A DNA stretch of 64,000 nt from a virus (lineage: Duplodnaviria > Caudoviricetes). Shown one piece after another: positions 19,421 through 27,752 of the stretch. A model generated the notes under the pieces. That model ran no database searches. It worked only from the letters and a program-made list of their open reading frames with translations, and was not told the origin of the DNA. How positions within the stretch are numbered: the first letter of the stretch is position 1; every line of letters starts with the position of its first letter. The DNA lies in IMG/VR virus record IMGVR_UViG_3300021387_000661, positions 224,001 to 288,000 of that record; one strand, written 5' to 3'. Both the position numbers and the translations under genes were made by a program.

Positions 19421-19495
19421 GCTGGGATATCTGCTAGTGGTCCAGGCGATGTGCCTTTCAAGCATGTGACACGGGTTCGAATCCCGTTCCCAGTA
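19421..19495 (+). tRNA. tRNA-Glu(TTC), atypical
   Basis: TGTGC ctTTCaa GCATG. Confidence 0.72.
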
Positions 19496-19654
19496 CAAAG
19501 GAGTGAAGGGAAAATCCAACCAACACTTCACATAGAGCGAAACAGAACCTGATAATGATTCCTGCTGAAGGATAAGGCAAGGTGAAGATAGGGGTTCAAT
19601 GAGGTTGAAATGATGCATGCTCAAAGTAAACAATATATAATGCTCGACAATTAT

Positions 19655-19732
19655 GGAGCTGTCGTATAGGTGGTTATTGTACAATGGACTGAAAATCCAT
19701 AGGCAGTGGTTCAACTCCACTCGGCTCCACCA
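19655..19732 (+). tRNA. tRNA-Phe(GAA)
   Basis: ATGGA ctGAAaa TCCAT; CCA. Confidence 0.85.
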
Positions 19733-19940
19733 AGGTTTGGTGTAAGGTGACTTGCATTGATGAGAGTAAATGAAGATAGGATGAATGATCAACATCCAAA
19801 AAGAAATGAAATCATCTAAAGTCAAACCAATGAAATCATTACAGATACTAGTCAATGTAGTGAGGAAATTGCAGAGGCATTTAGCACACCTGTCTATGTC
19901 ACAGGTGATTCATAAGCAAGTAAAGTGAGACCTTGACCTC

Positions 19941-20022
19941 CGGGATGTGCTGGAACTGGTAGACAGACCAGACTAAGGATCTGGTGCTGCAAGGCGTGAG
20001 GGTTCGAGTCCCTCCATCCCGA
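19941..20022 (+). tRNA. tRNA-Leu(AAG)
   Basis: CCAGA ctAAGga TCTGG; Leu-type body. Confidence 0.85.
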
Positions 20023-20182
20023 CTTGATGTAAAAAGACGTTAAACCTTGTGGGAGTTAGTCTTCTCCCTTGTGGGATAATGGTGCCGGCATCATAGTAGA
20101 TTGCCAAGGAAACTGCCCGAGTCAGCGGGGTCTGAACAGTGGGGTTCGATACCCTGGGCACCATCAAAAAAGTTCTTTGATT

Positions 20183-20255
20183 GTCTCTGTAGCTCAATTG
20201 GTAGAGCACCTGACTCTTAATCAGGGGGTTCCGAGTTCGAGCCTCGGCAGGGACA
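20183..20255 (+). tRNA. tRNA-Lys(CTT)
   Basis: CCTGA ctCTTaa TCAGG. Confidence 0.92.
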
Positions 20256-20430
20256 CAAAACAAATGCCGGTTTATCACAGTATATTGGTGACTGTGGCTG
20301 CCCTGTACAGGTGGGTTTGACTTCAAGTGAAAGTATACAGCTCGAGACAATGTATATGAGTAAAGGTCAGATATGGGTTTGGTTCGATTCCCCCGATGGC
20401 ACAAAGTTCTTTGAATTGTTATATTTAAAT

Positions 20431-20507
20431 GGGCCGGGTAGTGTAAAGGTTTAGCACGTCACACTTGCACTGTGACAGAGGGGTTCGAATCCCACCTGTG
20501 TCCACCA
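20431..20507 (+). tRNA. tRNA-Ala(TGC), non-canonical acceptor stem
   Basis: TCACA ctTGCac TGTGA; G3.U70; CCA. Confidence 0.72.
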
Positions 20508-20608
20508 CTTATTACCATATTATCTTTCAGAGAAATGGTTGACTAAAACTCGCAGACTCATCCGGTAATTGGTTGTAAAAGTGCAGTTAAAGGTTAGATG
20601 AGTATTTT

Positions 20609-20682
20609 GGGCTTGCATGTACCAAGGTTGGCGGAACTCCCTTGCAAGGAGATCGTGGAGGGTTCGATTCCCTTCGGGTCCA
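20609..20682 (+). tRNA. tRNA-Ala(TGC), atypical D region
   Basis: CTCC ctTGCaa GGAG; G3.U70. Confidence 0.7.
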
Positions 20683-21118
20683 CAAAACAGGTGAAGTTGT
20701 CATACATATAAGCCTGTTTCACAAGTTCAGAAGGTGATGCATACACACTGACTTGTCGGCATATGAGAGTGTCGGAGACACACAGAAGTGGAAACCACAT
20801 TCAGGATTGAATTGAAGTGCAAATAGATTCTTTCTGTTAGGATGAAGGTCTGCCGGACACAAAGCTCGCCAGGAAGATTACCCTGGAAATACTTGGTTCG
20901 ACTCCAAGATATGCTACAAAATCACAGAGTGCCCAGAGCATTGAAGCATTGAAGGTATGATGCTTTTGAACAAGTTTGAACCCTGTAATCGAAAGAGGGC
21001 AATGCAGCAAGCAATACTTTGTGAGATAACAACTTTTCTATGGTATCATATAGAGGTTAGTATGGCGGTCATTCAGTGCTGCAACAGAGGTTCGATTCCT
21101 CTTACCATAGCAACATTT

Positions 21119-21210
21119 GGGTAGGTAACGGCGCTGGACTGTAAATCCAGTCTGAACACAAATTGTCGTATTGGCCTTGCAGTAAGGGGGTTCGAGTCCC
21201 TCCCTACCCA
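21119..21210 (+). tRNA. D-armless tRNA-Tyr(GTA) with long variable region
   Basis: GGGTAGG/CCTACCC; CTGGA ctGTAaa TCCAG. Confidence 0.7.
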
Positions 21211-21217
21211 CACAAAT

Positions 21218-21291
21218 GCGGAGTTAGTTCAACGGTAGAATGTCAGCCTTCCAAGCTGAATATGAGGGTTCGATTCCCTTACTCCGCTCCA
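21218..21291 (+). tRNA. tRNA-Gly(TCC)
   Basis: TCAGC ctTCCaa GCTGA; U73; CCA. Confidence 0.92.
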
Positions 21292-21376
21292 AACTGTGGG
21301 TGTAGTGTAATATTATAGATTCAGCACACAGGGGATACCCTGGAATGATGGTATGAAATCCATCCACTCATAACAT

Positions 21377-21451
21377 ACCGATGTAGCTCAGTTGGTGGAG
21401 AGCGACAGATTCATATCCTGTAGGTCATTGGTTCGAACCCAATCATCGGTA
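21377..21451 (+). tRNA. tRNA with CAT anticodon (Met or Ile2)
   Basis: ACAG a-ttCATat-c CTGT. Confidence 0.8.
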
Positions 21452-21464
21452 CATATAATTAAAA

Positions 21465-21635
21465 ATGATATTATGGATAACTGTGGGGCTAAAAGAGTAT
21501 CTGTTTAATGAGTGGAAATATAATGTACACAAAAGATACTTGAAATACTTTGATGAATGGTATGACAATCTTCTGGATTCCCAGAAAGAATTTTACAAGA
21601 GTTGGATGGAAGGGTATATGAGTCCATATCATTAG
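21465..21635 (+). CDS. Small hypothetical protein (56 aa, below ORF-track cut-off)
   Basis: MILWITVGLKEYLFNEWKYN...SPYH fills the gap between tRNAs. Confidence 0.55.
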   Translation: MILWITVGLKEYLFNEWKYNVHKRYLKYFDEWYDNLLDSQKEFYKSWMEGYMSPYH

Positions 21636-21664
21636 GTCTTTGAAATGTTGATTATGAATTATAT

Positions 21665-21755
21665 AGGTCGGTGGCCGAGTGGTTGAAGGCGGCGGTCTCC
21701 AAAACCGTTAGGATATTTTGAAAAATCCTCGAGGGTTCGAATCCTTCCCGGCCTG
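21665..21755 (+). tRNA. tRNA with CCA anticodon (Trp) and long variable arm
   Basis: GCGGT ctCCAaa ACCGT; AGGAT..ATCCT variable hairpin; G73. Confidence 0.8.
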
Positions 21756-21763
21756 CTTAAGAT

Positions 21764-21835
21764 TGAGGTATGGTGTAATGGCCAGCACCTTGGATTTTGG
21801 TTCCAATAGTCCAGGTTCGAATCCTGGTACCTCAA
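21764..21835 (+). tRNA. tRNA-Gln(TTG)
   Basis: TTGGA ttTTGgt TCCAA. Confidence 0.9.
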
Positions 21836-21843
21836 CAAAAAAT

Positions 21844-21917
21844 GTCGGGTTGGCCGAGCGGTCAGGTCCTGGTCTGCAAAACCAGTTAGATTGGTTCGAC
21901 TCCAATACCCGACTCCA
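21844..21917 (+). tRNA. tRNA-Cys(GCA)
   Basis: CTGGT ctGCAaa ACCAG; U73; CCA. Confidence 0.92.
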
Positions 21918-21920
21918 TTT

Positions 21921-21992
21921 GCCCCTGTAGTGTAATGGATCGCACACAGCACTACGGATGCTTTAGAGAGGGTTCGAGTCCTTCCAGGGGTA
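21921..21992 (+). tRNA. tRNA-Arg(ACG)
   Basis: AGCA ctACGga TGCT. Confidence 0.88.
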
Positions 21993-22113
21993 CAAAATTA
22001 TAAATATAATAGATGGTCTTTGACGAAAGAATCGTATCGCAGTTGAGCTTTGTCCTCACTGACAGAAACGTAAGTCTGGGGTGTACTACAAGCCTGTGAT
22101 TGTAGTATTTTTT

Positions 22114-22185
22114 GCGGCATTCGTATAATGGTTATTATACCAGCTTGCCATGCTGGGGACGGGAGTTCGATTCTCCCATGCCGCT
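22114..22185 (+). tRNA. tRNA-Gly(GCC)
   Basis: CCAGC ttGCCat GCTGG. Confidence 0.9.
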
Positions 22186-22193
22186 CTCAATAT

Positions 22194-22270
22194 GGTGACT
22201 GTGGCCGAGTGGTTTAGGCGCAACACTGTGGATGTTGTTTACGTCAGTTCGAGTCTGACCAGTCACCCCA
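22194..22270 (+). tRNA. tRNA-His(GTG) with encoded G-1
   Basis: CAACA ctGTGga TGTTG; G-1:C73; CCA. Confidence 0.92.
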
Positions 22271-22280
22271 AAAATAAAGT

Positions 22281-22988
22281 TATGGAAAAGGTAGTAAGAT
22301 TTTTTAAACAAGATAATAAGTGGTATGCAGATATTCCAAACCACACTCTTGAAGAGAATGAGATGGTAATGGGTGCAGATATTGCTCTTGAGTATCTTGC
22401 AGAAGAGAGGAAAGAGTTACACATCACATTCACAGATGAGAATCCAGGATGGAATGTTCCTCTGGCACTCACTCTGAAAGATCATGATGATGAGGGTGGA
22501 TACTATGATGTATCAGGAATTCTCTTTATGGATTTTATGCTCACTTATGGTAAAGAGTTCATTGGAGTCAAACCACAGGTTTGGATTTGTAATGTTACAC
22601 ATGATGTATTTGGTGAACATCCAGAACACATTTACATCACAAAGATTGAATCAAAACATTAGTTATGGACAAAGATTTTAAGAAGAGGTTCTTAATGAAC
22701 CGTGATGAGACAGGTAGGTTCATTGTCAAGTCAATGAAGACTGGTAAATCCTATTATGTTGAAGCAATTGATGGTGACGAAAGGACTATCTGGGGAGATG
22801 TGGATCCAGTAACAAAAAAGTTGACAGGTAGTTATGGTGACAAGTACAAGGGAAGTATCAGACCTGAACAGTCACTTATTACCAATGAGAATGGGTTTGA
22901 CAAGATTCATACTCTTGGTCCTGGGGAATCACCATTGGATTATATTAACAGGATTGATGATGAGTACTTTGAAAAGATGAGTAAATAG
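22281..22988 (+). CDS. Two hypothetical proteins (22281-22662, 22665-22988)
   Basis: First ORF most likely starts at MEKVVRFF, after tRNA-His. Confidence 0.65.
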
Positions 22989-22996
22989 TTTTTTGG

Positions 22997-23078
22997 GGGA
23001 GAGTCGCATAGTGGCAATTGCAAGGGACTGTAAATCCCTCGCCTTCGGGCTTCAGAGGTTCGAGTCCTCTCTCTCCCA
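22997..23078 (+). tRNA. tRNA-Tyr(GTA)
   Basis: AGGGA ctGTAaa TCCCT; long variable arm. Confidence 0.92.
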
Positions 23079-23193
23079 CAGCCTATCAACCAAGTTGTTG
23101 AAAAGGGTAACGGATGCGCAGCGATTGCGGATCTTGCAAGTTTTTCGCCAGGGTTTCCTTGGTCTCTTTGAGATGAATAAATCTTGGATTTAT

Positions 23194-23275
23194 GGGGGTG
23201 TGGTGGAATGTAGACACCCCAGACTTAGGATCTGGTGCCAGTAATGGCGTGAGGGTTCGAGTCCCTCCATCCCCA
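23194..23275 (+). tRNA. tRNA-Leu(TAG)
   Basis: CCAGA ctTAGga TCTGG. Confidence 0.9.
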
Positions 23276-23410
23276 CACTGACACTACTCTATGAGTAGAT
23301 GTCTTGGTTGGTCACAATACTGTAATTGTGATAGTCCTCTGGGACTTAAAAGAGTTGCAGTGATGCAATCTGTCAAGGTCAGTCTGGAACCAGTTAATCC
23401 AGACATTTAT

Positions 23411-23493
23411 GCAGCAGTGGTGGAATGGTAGACACGCTACTTTGAGGGGGTAGTCTGGGCAACTGGGTGTGAGTTCGAGTCTCACCTGCCGCA
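23411..23493 (+). tRNA. tRNA-Leu(GAG)
   Basis: CTACT ttGAGgg GGTAG. Confidence 0.88.
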
Positions 23494-23501
23494 CAAAACA
23501 T

Positions 23502-23574
23502 AGCGGTATAGCGCAATTGATAGAGCATCAGATTCTGGCTCTGAAGGTTGGGAGTTTGAACCTCTCTACCGCTA
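23502..23574 (+). tRNA. tRNA-Gln(CTG)
   Basis: TCAGA ttCTGgc TCTGA. Confidence 0.8.
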
Positions 23575-23676
23575 CAAACAAAAAAGGGTGGGTCAACCAG
23601 GTAAAGGCAGGGTAAGTCTCTGGTTCTTCTCTGATGATGGCGCAAGTAGTCAGAGTTTCTTAAATTACCCATATAT

Positions 23677-23751
23677 GGGTGTGTAACTCAGTTGGTACAG
23701 AGTACCTGTCTGATACACAGGAAGTCGATGGTTCAAGTCCATCCACACCCA
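23677..23751 (+). tRNA. tRNA-Ile(GAT)
   Basis: CCTGT ctGATac ACAGG. Confidence 0.88.
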
Positions 23752-23760
23752 CACAAATAT

Positions 23761-23835
23761 GGTCCTGTCGTCTAGTCTGGCCAAGGACATCACCCTCTCA
23801 AGGTGGAGACCCGGGTTCAAATCCCAGTGGGACTA
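23761..23835 (+). tRNA. tRNA-Glu(CTC)
   Basis: TCACC ctCTCaa GGTGG. Confidence 0.88.
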
Positions 23836-24400
23836 CAAAAAATATTTCAAATTTATTTTGAAATTAAAAATATTTTTGTTATATTTGTATTACAAAAAAG
23901 TTCATTGACATATAATAAGTGATGACTACATAGACATAATCAATGCCACAATGTTGAGCTCTTGAGAATATGGCAGATAAAAGTCTTTAGACAAACTCAA
24001 CTATGGTCATCACTAAATTATAAGAACAGCAAGATGGGGTACTGATAATCTTCACACAAGGAGTTCTAGATTGAGGGTGTGTGAAGGAAAGGTATAAATA
24101 TTGTTAAAGAGGAATACCTGACCCCTGTCCAATTGTGGCAAGTGGAGAAATATGGATTGTCTATCTGGGGTTCTCCTGTCCTCTGACAACAGTGACTACG
24201 GAAGTCTGTTGTGTTCTTTTATTATATTGAGAATCCAAGGTGGGTGCTTTTATAGAATACTCTCTTAAAATGGATAGAGAGGAAAGAAGTGTAATATAGG
24301 TGAAGTTTCTTAGTTGTTACACATCCTGGTGATGGGGAATGTCATCACGGTGAGACTTCAAGAAGGTGACTACGGAAATCCTTTTGTTCTCAATTTCTAT

Positions 24401-24483
24401 GCCCGAGTGGGGGAATGGTAGACCCAGCAGACTCAAAATCTGCCGTCTGCAAAGACGTGCGAGTTCGACTCTCGCCTCGGGCA
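24401..24483 (+). tRNA. tRNA-Leu(CAA)
   Basis: GCAGA ctCAAaa TCTGC. Confidence 0.92.
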
Positions 24484-24849
24484 CAACAGTCCATCCAGTA
24501 TTGAGGATAAGGTAAACTTGAAAGTACAGGAAAATTCACCTTGTTCAGCGGTTGCCGATACGCAATATATAAGGACCACACAAGTAGTACATTGCAGTTG
24601 AAACATTACCCGACATAGAGACTACATAAGAAATGTGCTTTATTGGATTTGAGACTGTAAAAGAAGGGTGAAGTACAAACCCTGTTCAGTTATGATGGAA
24701 TAACCAAAGTCCAATGGCAGGGAGGGATATAATGGTGTGAAGTTGCTATTCACCATATTTAAAATTAAAAAAAGATAAAACAAATTTGGATAATTCAAAA
24801 AAAGTTGTTATCTTTGTATTGAAAGTTCATTGATATTTGTTGTTTTATA

Positions 24850-25445
24850 TTTGGAAAGTTTCTGACCTGGATTAAACCCTCATTATTGGTAGGGGAATTA
24901 AGGGACTAAACCCAACCACAAGATAATGTCCTGATGTGACAGAAGTCCTGTAGTTTTTATCTCTGTGGGTAGGTTGGCTTTGTATAATAATACCACAGCA
25001 GAAATAAGTTTCTGGTCTTAAACAATCCATACGTTTTATGATGGGGTTCGTAAACCTAACCATTCGCATCTTTTGGAAAGATGTGTTACCGTGCCGTGAA
25101 ATTCGGAGGAGTCAATTCCACAGACCAACAGAAAGAATGTACACATTGCTTACAGTTGGTCAGTGCTGTGCCCACCCAGCGAGGTTGTTATGCAGTTTAT
25201 CAACAGGGTGTGGGAAAAGTGTATGAGAGAAGACTGAATGTTCCTGGACAATGGTGTTGGAATCTGGGATAAAACAAAGAGTAGGTTGGATCAAGAAGAG
25301 AACTGGTAGGAGTTACTGTGACTTTCTGATGTTTGTCCATCAGAAAACCAGGGAAGATAATGGACACCAATATGGCAAGAGATTTTTGATAGGGATTCAC
25401 AAATCAGTGAGGTGGCCATGCACCTATGACAACACTGATTTACTT
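24850..25445 (+). ncRNA. Large structured ncRNA (about 600 nt), possibly ROOL-like
   Basis: No credible ORF; many hairpins; own promoter and boxA; abuts tRNA-Glu; family assigned from size and context only. Confidence 0.45.
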
Positions 25446-25447
25446 AT

Positions 25448-25519
25448 GGCGGGTTCGTCTATCGGTGAGGACACCAGATTTTCATTCTGGGAAGAGGAGT
25501 TCGATTCTCCTACCCGCTA
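25448..25519 (+). tRNA. tRNA-Glu(TTC)
   Basis: CCAGA ttTTCat TCTGG. Confidence 0.9.
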
Positions 25520-25639
25520 CAAATAAAAGTTGAAATGGAAGAAGAGTAACATTCCATATCCACTTAATGATTGAGTTTGTAAGAAAGTACTTTGAGACTG
25601 ATGCTTCCTACTGTACAGATTTCAACTTTTTTAGAAAAT

Positions 25640-25743
25640 TGCGGGGGAGTGAAACGGATAGGAACTCCTGAAAGGGTTGTTCAAAAATCATATCAGGCCC
25701 ATAACCTGATGATACTGGCTTCGACTGCCAGACCCGCTACCAA
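25640..25743 (+). tRNA. tRNA-Met(CAT)-like with a hairpin inserted in the D loop
   Basis: TCAGG ccCATaa CCTGA; T arm CTGGC/GCCAG; CCA. Confidence 0.62.
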
Positions 25744-25769
25744 GTATTAATTTAAAAATAGGTTTAACA

Positions 25770-25910
25770 ATGGCAGTTATTAAGACAGGTTCAACCTCAA
25801 GGAGAGAGGTGAAACACAAGAAGCGCCCTGGTATTGTCTCCAAGTGTAAGACTTCAAGGAACAAGAATTCCAAGCACTATGTGAAACCTTACAGAGGTCA
25901 GGGCCGATAA
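25770..25910 (+). CDS. Small basic protein ending KPYRGQGR (46 aa)
   Basis: MAVIKTGSTSRREVKHKKRPGIVSKCKTSRNKNSKHYVKPYRGQGR; AT-rich leader. Confidence 0.7.
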   Translation: MAVIKTGSTSRREVKHKKRPGIVSKCKTSRNKNSKHYVKPYRGQGR

Positions 25911-26052
25911 AAATACAGGTTAGAAGGCGATGGTTATTCCATAATGGTTGTGTACAGACCGGTGGAGACCTTCTGTGAAAGTCAGACGTGAAAGTAAACG
26001 AAATGAGTTCTCAGGGCAGCTGTGCCGAAGGATTATAGAAAACAGCACTTAT

Positions 26053-26128
26053 CGGGGTGTAGCTCAGTTGGTAGAGCGGGTGGTTTGGGACCATCAGGTC
26101 GCACGTTCGAGTCGTGTCACCCCGACCA
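26053..26128 (+). tRNA. tRNA-Pro(TGG)
   Basis: GGTGG ttTGGga CCATC; CCA. Confidence 0.9.
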
Positions 26129-26325
26129 AAATATGGCCTGGTGGGCAAATGGTAAAGTCACCCCTGAATGATGGGGGAGGTGTGTAATAAGGGTTACCTG
26201 ACAGTGCGGAGTAACAGTGTCGCGAACTGCCAAAGGTTGGGTACAAGAATAAGCACAGGTCTGGAGGTATTCGCGATGCCAAAGGATGAATGCGGGTTCA
26301 ACTCCCGTTCGGGGCCACAAATTTT

Positions 26326-26400
26326 GGGAGGTTAGCTCAGTTGGGTCAGAGCATCTGGTTTACACCCAGAGGGTCATAGGTTCGAATCCTATATCTCCCA
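26326..26400 (+). tRNA. tRNA-Val(TAC)
   Basis: TCTGG ttTACac CCAGA. Confidence 0.92.
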
Positions 26401-26750
26401 CAAACAACTTTGAGTATGACAGTATATGATACATGTTAAAGGCTGGAGGAAAGAAGTTGTCAGAACCTATAGTGGTGAAGCAAAGGTGAGATTCCTTTGT
26501 GGAGAGTGGTCAAAACAATACCAGACGGTAGAGATGGGGAGTTCGAGTCTCCTTAGGTTCGCAAAGAGTGCAGTGTCAATCTCCCGTTGGGGCTGGGGTG
26601 AGACCTCTTAAAATAGAGTGAAAAAATGAATTAGCTCCACCAATACAGTTATTACTAATCTGTGAAAGTAATCGTCTTGAGTTGACGGTGATGGTTGAGT
26701 TTGAGGAAACGTTCCAGGTTCGAGTCCTGCAACCATAACAAAAAATACTT

Positions 26751-26905
26751 GCCGAGGTAGCTTTAATGGTAGAGCACCTGACTTCTACAGATTTATCCAC
26801 TGTGACGGATATTGGGTAATATGGGAGAAGAAGTCAACTTTTACGTCCGAAGCGTAAGTTATCCACGTAATCAGGGGGTTGCAGGTTCGACTCCTGTCCT
26901 CGGCT
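26751..26905 (+). tRNA. tRNA-Thr(TGT; CGT possible) interrupted by 82-nt insert (26785-26866)
   Basis: Removing the insert gives CCTGA ctTGTaa TCAGG; Thr-type GCC..GGC acceptor. Confidence 0.82.
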
Positions 26906-26960
26906 CAAACAAAGATTTTAGCCTGTTAGTTAAAATCTATATAAAATAACAATCAAATTT

Positions 26961-27581
26961 ATGTCAAAATTTATGAAAGAAGAAGACCGTGAGCAGCAGA
27001 TAAATGATTTGATGCTTGCAATTAGAAGGAACACACAGGGTTCCAAATGTATTGATGTTTTTGAAAATCTCTTGAGAGAGATTCCAGACAAGAATGTTGT
27101 AGATACAGTTATTGTTGATACACACCGTTTTATTACAGAGTTTTCCAGGTTGTGTAAAGATGTTGACAATATGAAAAATTTGGATTATATTGCCAGGATT
27201 CTTACATATGATTTCATTCAACCAAAAAGATATTTTTCAAAATCAAGGAAGAATGCACAATTGTATTTGATGATGAGTGATATGCTCACCACTAAATACA
27301 CACATCCAATCTTTGATGTTGAGAAAAAGATTCAACTTCCAAATGAAAATTTCATTGGGGATATTTATCATAAGGAGATTTTCTCTGCGAATGATATCGT
27401 AGAAGTATTTAAATACTTTGGAGATCTTTCTGGTTTGTCTGTTGAGAAAGTGAAGGAGAAGATGGAACTTGCAAGAAAGGTTGTCCTCCTTTACAATTAC
27501 CAACCTGCCATTGTGAAGGCACTCATCCAGACAAAGAGAAGGGGACTTAATCTGGATAAGAACTCAAAAATGTTTAAATAA
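26961..27581 (+). CDS. Hypothetical protein
   Basis: 206-aa ORF. Confidence 0.7.
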   Translation: MSKFMKEEDREQQINDLMLAIRRNTQGSKCIDVFENLLREIPDKNVVDTVIVDTHRFITEFSRLCKDVDNMKNLDYIARILTYDFIQPKRYFSKSRKNAQLYLMMSDMLTTKYTHPIFDVEKKIQLPNENFIGDIYHKEIFSANDIVEVFKYFGDLSGLSVEKVKEKMELARKVVLLYNYQPAIVKALIQTKRRGLNLDKNSKMFK

Positions 27582-27654
27582 TTAACAAACAATCAACTAA
27601 CAGGCAAAATTTTTGTTATATTTACATAAATAACCTAATGTTATTTGGAATAAT

Positions 27655-27727
27655 GGGGGATTAGCTTAGTTGGTAGAGCGCAGCCTTTGCACGGCTGAGG
27701 TCAGGGGTTCGAATCCCCTATCCTCCA
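27655..27727 (+). tRNA. tRNA-Ala(TGC), canonical
   Basis: CAGCC ttTGCac GGCTG; G3.U70. Confidence 0.93.
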
Positions 27728-27752
27728 CAAAATTGAGTTCTTTATATTCTAT

